In this document: one piece after another, positions 1 to 6,990 of the stretch
Position numbering within the stretch: the first letter of the stretch is position 1
Layout: every line of letters begins with the position of its first letter
Assembly (NCBI GenBank): GCA_003219465.1
Contig: QHOX01000162.1
Span: forward strand, 4,500 to 68,499
DNA from: Verrucomicrobiota bacterium
GTDB taxonomy: Bacteria > Verrucomicrobiota > Verrucomicrobiia > Chthoniobacterales > UBA10450
Length of the DNA: 64,000 nt
Direction: 5' to 3'
Position numbers and translations under genes: made by a program
Notes under the pieces: model-generated
Seen by the model: only the letters and a program-made list of their open reading frames with translations
The model's database searches: none
What the model was told of the DNA's origin: nothing

Positions 1-1
1 G

Positions 2-487
2 CCGCTCAACATCCTGGATCTTGGCTGCGGCCCCGGTTACTTCCTCCACCTCTGCCGGATGTTCGGCCACGAAGGCCTGGGGCTCGATCCTGACGACGAA
101 CCTTTCTTCCGCGGCACGACCAATCTTTTTGGCGTTAGCCGCGTCGTCGCGCGAATCAATGCACAAACGCCTTTGCCGGATCTGGGCAAAAAATTCGACC
201 TGGTTACCGCTCATCGCGTTTGTTTCCATCGCGTCGCACGGGACAAAAACGGTGAATGGTTGGAATGGACAGAGGCTGATTGGAAATTTTTTATCAACGA
301 CGTCCGGACGAGATTTCTCAAACCTGACGGGCGGCTCCTCTTGGAATTCAATCGGCGAGCGGACGGCTCGTCATTTTTCACGTCAGGGCTGCGCGAATTT
401 TTTGAATCGCAAGGCGCGCGGATCGTTCGTTGGAAAGCGCTGCTTGCAGCGGGCCCAAATCAGCGTCCGAGCTTCAAACTAGGCTAA
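2..487 (+). CDS. class I SAM-dependent methyltransferase, 5' end outside the window
   Basis: Frame 2 is open from nt 2 and reads PLNILDLGCGPGYFLHLC (SAM-binding motif I, GxGxG). It then joins ORF 59..487. No upstream stop, so the CDS enters from the left edge. Confidence 0.7.
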   Translation, partial: PLNILDLGCGPGYFLHLCRMFGHEGLGLDPDDEPFFRGTTNLFGVSRVVARINAQTPLPDLGKKFDLVTAHRVCFHRVARDKNGEWLEWTEADWKFFINDVRTRFLKPDGRLLLEFNRRADGSSFFTSGLREFFESQGARIVRWKALLAAGPNQRPSFKLG

Positions 488-534
488 ATCGTAGCGACGC
501 TGCGGTGCAATGCCAGTCGGGCTCGGACCGGTGG

Positions 535-566
535 GACAGCGCAGCGCGCTGTCACTTTCCTTTTGG
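535..566 (+). terminator. hairpin GACAGCGC-agc-GCGCTGTC plus T-rich tail; candidate intrinsic terminator
   Basis: Perfect 8-bp inverted repeat 535..542 / 546..553, followed by ACTTTCCTTTTGG. It lies 48 nt after the stop of the methyltransferase. The same palindrome recurs at 10657..10677. Confidence 0.5.
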
Positions 567-698
567 CCCGGCTCTGGTGACTGTCTTTACCAACGGCATC
601 CCGAGCGCTGCGAAGTATCTGGGTCGTCGCGCATCGCCATGACCAGTAATTAAATTGGTCAAAGCATACGAGGTCGGTTCCTCTTAAGCTCGCGAACG

Positions 699-3404
699 CT
701 AACGCTTTTGGTGATGCAGCGACGGGTCGACGACCGCTGCCATCACGGTCTCGTTAGGCAGTTGTTCCGCGCCGAGAAACTGGACGAGGCGCGAGACAAT
801 TGACTGCGGATCCCGCACCAGCGCGGGATAATCGATTTCGATGAATTTCATGTGCCGTGCGGTCCTTAGCCACCGCAGCGTTTCCTCGCGGTGCGCTGTG
901 AGACCGCGCTGTAGTTGCTCGGGGTCGAGTTCGGCACCTTTCGTTCCTAGCCGGTTCACCATCTGGTGTTGTGAGGCAACAACCTCTTCGATTGGCCGGG
1001 TCATAAAAATGACCTTGTAATCATGTTGCAGAGGCATTCTCGGCAGCAGCATGGAGATGCATTTGATTGCGCGGCCTTTAACCGCTTCGTCATCGAGCAG
1101 CTCGGGTCTTTTCCCGATCTGCTTGATCGCTTCCCATTCATAATAGCCGCGCGGGTTATCTGCATCCGCGACGCGTTCTCCGTCGGTCATCAGCGGCATT
1201 CCACCAGCCTCGAGCAACTGCATCATGAGCGATGTGCCCGACCGCGGCAGGCCTGAGACAAGGACGAACGTCTTGCCGGACTTTGTTTCGTCCGCGGGCT
1301 TCGGATCGGGGCGTTCTTTAAGCAGAATCGCGAGTCGCTCGTCCCGTTTCGGAATCTCGGGAAGATCGAATAGTTTCTCGCGCTTCGAGTCCGCGCCCAC
1401 GGAACGCCGGCCACGGCTGCGGGTCAGTCGAAAGACTTCGCTCCGATGGAACTCTGCTTTCTCGCGGTTGCCTCCCTCGCTCTTGTGGATGGTCGCGAGA
1501 TATCGGTGGGCATTTATCATGTCCGGCTGGAAACGCAGCGCGGTTTCAAACGCCACGCTCGCGCGCGCGGTCTCACCGGAACGCGCCAGCGCGACACCGA
1601 GATTGAAATGCGCCAGCGGGAGGCGGTGCAGCAGACTCACTGCCCGTAACGCGCAATCCACCGTCTGCTGGTTGTCGCCGAGTCGGCGATAGACGGTTGA
1701 CAACCCTTGAAAGGCGAGCGCGTTGTCCTCGTCTAGGGCGATTGCTTTTTCGTAAGCAATTTTCGCGTTCTGCCACTGGAGCAAACGGGCATAAGTGTCC
1801 CCGATCTGGATGTAAATTCCTGGCAGTTGCGAATTCATCGCTTCGGCTCTGAGGAGGGCTTGCAAAGCACCACCGAGATCGCCACGCGCGAGTTTGATTC
1901 TTGCCCATAACAGCGTCATCCCAGCCGTGCCCGGCTCCGCACCATCGGCGATAGCGAATAGCACACGTTCCGCCTGCGCCAGATAACCGCCCTGGTAATA
2001 ACAAGCCGCCAGCTGTGTGAGAAACCGATCTTCCCAAGGTCGCCGCCTAACGATCTCTTGCAGTAGCGGCTGGGCCTGGTCGGGCCGATTTTTCCATAGA
2101 TAGGTGCGCGCGACATTGTATTTCGCTTCGATCTCGGCCGACTCCGCCATCTTCTCCTTGTCGGCGCTCGGATCTTCGATGTAACCGAGGGCGGCGAACT
2201 GCTGCATCAATTCGTTAGCTTGTTCACGATCTATCTGCTGGCCCGCTACGTGCATCCCGCATTCACCGGAAAATTTTTCCCAGCTCGGGATCGTCTTCAC
2301 GCTCGGCGGAACCTCGAACGCTTCAAGCAACGGCCGGCCGTCCATATCTTCGCCGATCGGAATGTCAAACAGGGTCAGGACGGTCGGCGCAATATCGATC
2401 AAGCTCGCGCCATAGATGCGTTCGTCCCGCTTGATGCCCGACCCCGCCATTACAAATATTCCATACTGCCGGTGCCAGACCGCCGGGCCGGCTGGCTCGC
2501 GGGGCACGCCGCGGGGACGTTGCGAGCCGGATTCGAAGCCGTGGTCGGAGCAAAGGATCACCGTCGCCTCCGGTCCGGCCAGCTCGAGCAAGCGTTCCAG
2601 CATCATGTCGTGAAAGCGGTACGCGCCCCTAACGACATCTTTGTAGAGCGCGAAATCCTCGTCTTTGATCCAGGGCAGCTTCGGCGGGTGATACGCCATG
2701 AAGGCGTGCGAGAAATGATCGATCCCATCGTAATAGACGGCGGTGAAATCCCACGGCTCGCCTTCCATCAGCGCGGTCGCTACCGCGTGGATGGATGCGT
2801 TATCGCTCAGGACTTTCGCAAATGAAATCAGCCGCTTGTCCTTTTGTTGATCGATCTTGGCCGCATCGGGAATGAAGGGCAGGATATGCGCCTCGGTCAG
2901 TTCGTTAGGGAAAACCTTGAACCGCGCAAGCTTCGGCCCGTTCTCGGGCGGATGGACTGTTCCTTTCGGAATGCTCCAGCCTTTCTCCGGATGGAACTTC
3001 ACTCCGCCAAACGCATTCGTCACGACCGTGCCCTTGATTGGCTCCGCGGGATGACTCGCCCACCAACCAACGATGTTACTCTGCAGACCGCGTTGGGTGA
3101 GAATATTCCAAAGCGCTTTGCATTTGCGCGAAGCGCTGCTGCAGGGGCGCGCGCCACCGTTGATCGGGTCCGGCTCGATGAAGCCGTGGATGCCGTGCTT
3201 ATCGGCAAATTTGCCGGTCGCGACAGAATTCCAGAGCATCGGCGAAAGAATTGGTTGGAGCGTCGCGAGATTGCCCATCACGCCGCGATTGATGAAGGTG
3301 TCGAGGGTCGGCATCAGACCTTCCTCGATCAGCGGAGTGATGTGCTCCCAATCGGCGGCGTCCCATCCGATCAAGAGAACTTTTCGCCGGTAAGCTTCAA
3401 CCAC
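699..3404 (-). CDS. three-domain protein: NPP/alkaline-phosphatase-like domain + TPR repeats + C-terminal sulfotransferase domain
   Basis: 901-aa ORF with a GTG start. N-terminal ~400 aa carry LLIGWDAADW, LSPMLWNSVATGKFADKHG and ILCSDHGF (AlkP-superfamily metal/nucleophile motifs). The middle ~230 aa are TPR-like helical repeats (e.g. AYEKAIALDEDNALAFQGL, ALRFQPDMINAHRYL). The C-terminal ~200 aa carry VLVSGLPRSGTSL (PAPS 5'-phosphosulfate loop) and FMTRPIEEVVAS (3'-phosphate motif). Confidence 0.8.
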   Translation of the reverse strand: MVEAYRRKVLLIGWDAADWEHITPLIEEGLMPTLDTFINRGVMGNLATLQPILSPMLWNSVATGKFADKHGIHGFIEPDPINGGARPCSSASRKCKALWNILTQRGLQSNIVGWWASHPAEPIKGTVVTNAFGGVKFHPEKGWSIPKGTVHPPENGPKLARFKVFPNELTEAHILPFIPDAAKIDQQKDKRLISFAKVLSDNASIHAVATALMEGEPWDFTAVYYDGIDHFSHAFMAYHPPKLPWIKDEDFALYKDVVRGAYRFHDMMLERLLELAGPEATVILCSDHGFESGSQRPRGVPREPAGPAVWHRQYGIFVMAGSGIKRDERIYGASLIDIAPTVLTLFDIPIGEDMDGRPLLEAFEVPPSVKTIPSWEKFSGECGMHVAGQQIDREQANELMQQFAALGYIEDPSADKEKMAESAEIEAKYNVARTYLWKNRPDQAQPLLQEIVRRRPWEDRFLTQLAACYYQGGYLAQAERVLFAIADGAEPGTAGMTLLWARIKLARGDLGGALQALLRAEAMNSQLPGIYIQIGDTYARLLQWQNAKIAYEKAIALDEDNALAFQGLSTVYRRLGDNQQTVDCALRAVSLLHRLPLAHFNLGVALARSGETARASVAFETALRFQPDMINAHRYLATIHKSEGGNREKAEFHRSEVFRLTRSRGRRSVGADSKREKLFDLPEIPKRDERLAILLKERPDPKPADETKSGKTFVLVSGLPRSGTSLMMQLLEAGGMPLMTDGERVADADNPRGYYEWEAIKQIGKRPELLDDEAVKGRAIKCISMLLPRMPLQHDYKVIFMTRPIEEVVASQHQMVNRLGTKGAELDPEQLQRGLTAHREETLRWLRTARHMKFIEIDYPALVRDPQSIVSRLVQFLGAEQLPNETVMAAVVDPSLHHQKR

Positions 3405-3536
3405 AGAGAGACAACGCGGTAGAAAATTTCAGCGCCACACTCAAGTGTGGGGTAGACGATGAGGCAGACTCTCTTCGGCCTGCCCCTGGGAACGATGCCG
3501 TCCTTCACACTAAAACAGGCAGCCGGAAGCCTAGGT

Positions 3537-4235
3537 CTAACTTGCGATTCGCGACCGGCTCTTCCGCCAGGCCAGGAGCCCCACGGCCCCAACCGCAAGC
3601 CAGCCGAGAGAACCCTCTTCGGGTCCCTGTTCATCACTCATATCTTGGCCGTCTTCGCCGGCTCTGGGAATGCCCTGGCCCGCTCTGATCCGTTCGCCGG
3701 GGTCGGCATAAGCGTAGTCGATCAGCTTGAAGGCATTGTTCCTGTCGCACCCAGCCATTCTGACCCGTGCCCACCCGTATTGAGTGCCCGCGCCGCTATT
3801 GAACCCAAAACCGATAAAGCCGATGCCGGGATCCGTCCACGCGCCAATGCAATCAAACGCCATAAAGGCGTAGTAAAAACTCCTCCCAAAGAAAACGGGC
3901 GATATCGTCTGGCCGCGATGCAATTTTGAAGCAAAAGTTTGCTCAACGTAGCGGAATATCCTGTCACCCGCCGAAGCAATTCCAACGATTCTGACCTCGG
4001 CAGCACCGTAGGAATTATGACTCAGCGTAAAGTAATCACCGGGCTGATCCAACTTGAACGTCTTGATCTTATGCACGTTCGGAGGGAATACCTCGTTCAC
4101 AAGGCCCGAATAGTGAATGGCAGCTTCCAACGAGTTACTGCCGGCTAGTGCCGTGGCGGCGCCTGCGGTCGCGTACGCGACCCAGCGGGAATGCGAAACT
4201 TTCGTGGTTTGGCGGCGGGATTGGCGTGTCTTCAT
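3537..4235 (-). CDS. secreted protein with PEP-CTERM-like sorting signal
   Basis: 232-aa ORF. N-terminal signal-like segment WVAYATAGAATALAGSNSLEAA. The C-terminus GPEEGSLGWLAVGAVGLLAWRKSRSR gives a PEP-like motif, a hydrophobic helix and a basic tail. Confidence 0.6.
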   Translation of the reverse strand: MKTRQSRRQTTKVSHSRWVAYATAGAATALAGSNSLEAAIHYSGLVNEVFPPNVHKIKTFKLDQPGDYFTLSHNSYGAAEVRIVGIASAGDRIFRYVEQTFASKLHRGQTISPVFFGRSFYYAFMAFDCIGAWTDPGIGFIGFGFNSGAGTQYGWARVRMAGCDRNNAFKLIDYAYADPGERIRAGQGIPRAGEDGQDMSDEQGPEEGSLGWLAVGAVGLLAWRKSRSRIAS

Positions 4236-4380
4236 ATTGATTACCTCAAGTTGTGCGAGCGAACCCTGAACGTTCGCGGTTTTCCCGTGCGGAAAGAGGG
4301 TCAGGTGGAGCTCCCGGCCTAGACGCCCAACGGACTTAGCGCAGGGACAGAATAGGCAAGCACGCCTGACTTTGCATAGT

Positions 4381-4510
4381 GATGCGTCGCCTAATTTTCG
4401 TGTAGGGCTTCGCCTTATATCGGTTAATCGTTTTGTTGCGCTTCACGACAGCATAAAGCCCCAGCCGAATTACGACCGGGCTTTCCTCACACCCGGGCTA
4501 TGGGCACCGG
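4381..4510 (-). repeat. conserved 3' cassette ('repeat B', copy 1) with hairpin, directly after the stop of the broken S74 gene
   Basis: About 80% identical by eye to 9117..9262. Shared core: TAGGGCT..CGG(T/G)TAATCGTTTTGTTGCGCTTCACG..ATAAAGCCCC.CCGAATTACGACCGGG. In gene sense it folds as AAAGCCC(GG)..(CT)GGGGCTTT followed by ATG/ATC, which is terminator-like. Confidence 0.6.
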
Positions 4511-5559
4511 TTAGCGATTAGTCAGGACCGTTTGCGGCGCTGCCTTGCTCAGTTCAAGGTGTGCGCTCACTTTCTGAAGACCTGTAGTAAGCGCTTCAAT
4601 TTGCTTCTGCTGGTGTGCCGCGATTGCTTGGAAGTCCATCTCCTGCTGTGCCACCGTAGATTTCAGTTCAGTGATCGTCGCCTGCTGTTCTTCCACCTTG
4701 CGGTGCTCTTTGAGAAATTCGTTGAGCAACATTGCGTTCACCGCTTCATAGCGCACGCTGTACGGTCTTCCTTGATCGTCACGGGCCACGAGATCAGGAT
4801 TTACCTTTTCTACTTCCTCTGCCACAAGACCGAATTGTGCAATGCCGGCAGGATCAAGCTCCTTCTTGTAGCGGAACGTGACCGGCTTAAGATCTTCTCC
4901 TTGTAACGATCGGAGGAAAGGACCGTGCCGAGGTGACCGTCGGAATCGATTATCACTCCTACGCCTTCCGCGACTATGGCCCCACTGATGCCGGCCATGT
5001 AGGTGGCGCTTTGCGTTGCAGGATCGCCGATCCGGATCGTGCCCGAGTCGTGATCCCTACCGTGGTTACCAATCATGATGTTGTTATTAGCACCGCCCTT
5101 ACATCTATAACCGGCTTGACGACCTAATGCGATGTTGTTGTTGCCAGTGTAGTTACCGCCGAGCGCACTATGTCCGACGGCGGTGTTGTCGGAGCCGGTC
5201 GCGTTGACGACGAGCGCATGAACACCGATGGCCGTGTTGTTATTGCCGTTGCTGTTGTAAAGGAGTGCTCCAAAACCGGTGGCCGTGTTGGAGCTGCCGT
5301 TGAAGTTGAACCCCCCGAGTGCACCAGCACCGGTGGCCGTGTTGAAGCTGCCGGTTGTGTTGTTGATGAGCGCATTGAAACCGACTGCCGTGTTCCATGC
5401 GCCGAGATTGTTCAAGAGCGCGTCTTCACCGAGGAACGTATTGCTGACGTCGCTGCCGCGGCCTTCTTGACAGACCGCTCGCGCTTGCGGCGAAAGCGCA
5501 AAGCAGGCGAGCGCGAACAGCGCGAACGCGGCATAACTAATATTCGTTGTTGTTTTCAT
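4511..5559 (-). pseudogene. frameshifted paralogue of the S74 fibre-like protein
   Basis: ORFs 4810..5559 and 4511..4825 are in different frames. Together they align with the adjacent 381-aa protein: signal peptide, NTAxG repeats, SSDRYKEK vs SSERFKDD, then an identical VAEEVEKVNPDLVARDDQGRPYSVRYEAVNAMLLNEFLKEH. The segment between the CTCGGCAC and CTTAAG anchors is 33 nt here versus 70 nt in the intact copy. That is net -37 nt, not a multiple of 3. Confidence 0.65.
4705..4891. repeat. 187-nt block nearly identical to 5717..5903 (1 mismatch)
   Basis: Direct comparison shows 4725..4891 = 5737..5903 exactly (167 nt). One mismatch at 4724/5736, then 19 more identical nt. Flanking coding sequence is strongly diverged. 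Confidence 0.9.
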
Positions 5560-5576
5560 CGGTTTATTTCTTTTGG

Positions 5577-6722
5577 TTACTGATTATTTGCAATGGTTTC
5601 CATTACAGGTTTGCTGGTTTCGAGCTGTGCGGTCACTTTCTGTAGTCCCTCGGTAAGCGCTGCAACTTGTTGCTTCAGTTCTTCAACGGTGCGGTGCTCC
5701 TCCAAAAACGCTTTATGCTCTTTGAGAAATTCGTTAAGCAACATTGCGTTCACCGCTTCATAGCGCACGCTGTACGGTCTTCCTTGATCGTCACGGGCCA
5801 CGAGATCAGGATTTACCTTTTCTACTTCCTCTGCCACAAGACCGAATTGTGCAATGCCGGCAGGATCAAGCTCCTTCTTGTAGCGGAACGTGACCGGCTT
5901 AAGCGCCAAAATCGCTTCGCTCGCTTTGTCCATCGGTCGCACATCATCTTTGAATCTCTCTGAGGAAACGATCGTGCCGAGATGGCCATTGCTATCGATG
6001 ATGACACCCACTCCGCCCGCAATGGTCGACCCACTGATTCCGGCAATAAAGGTGTGCTTCTGAGTTCCAACGGTACCGATGCGGATGTGGTTAGACTCGT
6101 CTCCCAACGCAGAGTTACCGATGTCGATATTGTTGTCGCCCTTAACAATCGATGAACCAGCTGAAGCCCCCAATGCGATATTGTTGTGACCCATGACGTT
6201 GCTAAAGAGTGCATTAACCCCTATCGCCGTGTTGTTGTTGCCACCTGTGTTGTAAGTAAGCGCAGTAGTACCGCACGCTGTATTGTTGCTGCCCGTTGTG
6301 TTGTAACCAAGCGCAGCAGCACCGCTCGCTGTATTGGAGCTGCCCGTTGTGTTCGCCTCAAGCGCATCGGTACCGGTGGCAGTGTTGTAAGCGCCGGTTG
6401 TGTTGTCGAGGAGGGCAGCAGCGCCGATTGCGGTATTTTGGTAGCCGGCGGTATTGCTTGAGAGTGCGCCGTCGCCGGTGCCCGTATTGAGGACACCGTT
6501 AAGGTTGTTAGAGAGCACATCCCTGCCGATGGCCGTATTGTTGGCGCCCGGGAACGTTGTAGCCAAAGCGTCTTCGCCTAGGAACGTGTTGCCGCTGCCT
6601 GGGTCGCCGCAACCGTTTTCGCAAACAGCGCAGACTTGCGGTGAAAGCGCAAACCAGGCGAGCGTCAGTGCGATGAGAACTGGCAGAATTGTTGTGTTTT
6701 TGGACTGAGTCAGCGGATTCAT
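5577..6722 (-). CDS. secreted fibre-like protein: YadA-head-like NTAxG repeats + peptidase S74 intramolecular-chaperone (self-cleaving) domain
   Basis: 381-aa ORF. Signal peptide TILPVLIALTLAWFALSPQVCA. Repeats include NNTAIG, NTATG, NTASG, NNTACG, NNTAIGVNAL and NNIALG. These are followed by GHLGTIVSSERFKDDV..LKPVTFRYKK..GLVAEEVEKVNPDLV and a coiled-coil tail, which is the S74 S-(D/E)-R-x-K autoprocessing context. Confidence 0.75.
   Translation of the reverse strand: MNPLTQSKNTTILPVLIALTLAWFALSPQVCAVCENGCGDPGSGNTFLGEDALATTFPGANNTAIGRDVLSNNLNGVLNTGTGDGALSSNTAGYQNTAIGAAALLDNTTGAYNTATGTDALEANTTGSSNTASGAAALGYNTTGSNNTACGTTALTYNTGGNNNTAIGVNALFSNVMGHNNIALGASAGSSIVKGDNNIDIGNSALGDESNHIRIGTVGTQKHTFIAGISGSTIAGGVGVIIDSNGHLGTIVSSERFKDDVRPMDKASEAILALKPVTFRYKKELDPAGIAQFGLVAEEVEKVNPDLVARDDQGRPYSVRYEAVNAMLLNEFLKEHKAFLEEHRTVEELKQQVAALTEGLQKVTAQLETSKPVMETIANNQ
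5717..5903. repeat. partner of the 187-nt near-identical block at 4705..4891
   Basis: See 4705..4891. Confidence 0.9.
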
Positions 6723-6900
6723 GGTTCTTCCTCTCTTCTTCCCCGCTGAGTTGATTTTCTGCGGTTGAGGGGTCCGAAAGAGGCGACGAATCTAGCGGGG
6801 GAAGTCCTCCGCCTGATTCAGATCCGTTTAGCGAGGCGGATTTTGAAAAAATCTCACCTACTCGTCAAGAAGAAATGTCAGGCGTCGCCCAATTTGCGTA
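6723..6900 (-). promoter_or_regulatory. conserved promoter + 5' leader cassette ('repeat A', copy 1) upstream of the S74 fibre gene
   Basis: In gene sense: TTGACG (6869..6864), 17 nt, CAAAAT (6846..6841). A ~115-nt leader follows that is shared with copies at 8968..9116 and 10463..10615, then GGAAGAAGAGAGGAAG and ATG. Confidence 0.6.
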
Positions 6901-6990
6901 AGCTATGCAAAATGTGCACGTGTTAGCGTTCAGTCTGGGCCGTTTGCACTGCGGCTTGTTCAGTTTACCGGGCCGTCACCGTCTGACGGG

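Noticed and set aside
699-3404. Alkaline-phosphatase-fold proteins as PglZ components of a BREX/DISARM-type defence system (also 57058..58443 and 59572..61305)
   Set aside because: No methyltransferase, BrxC ATPase, Lon-like protease or helicase partners are adjacent. The motifs fit NPP-type phosphodiesterases, and the context is sulfation and glycan genes.
4511-6722. Prophage or tailocin remnant, suggested by the S74 tailspike-type domains
   Set aside because: No capsid, tail, terminase, integrase or lysis genes are in the vicinity. Both copies have Sec signal peptides, and the intact one shares the island's host-type promoter/leader.
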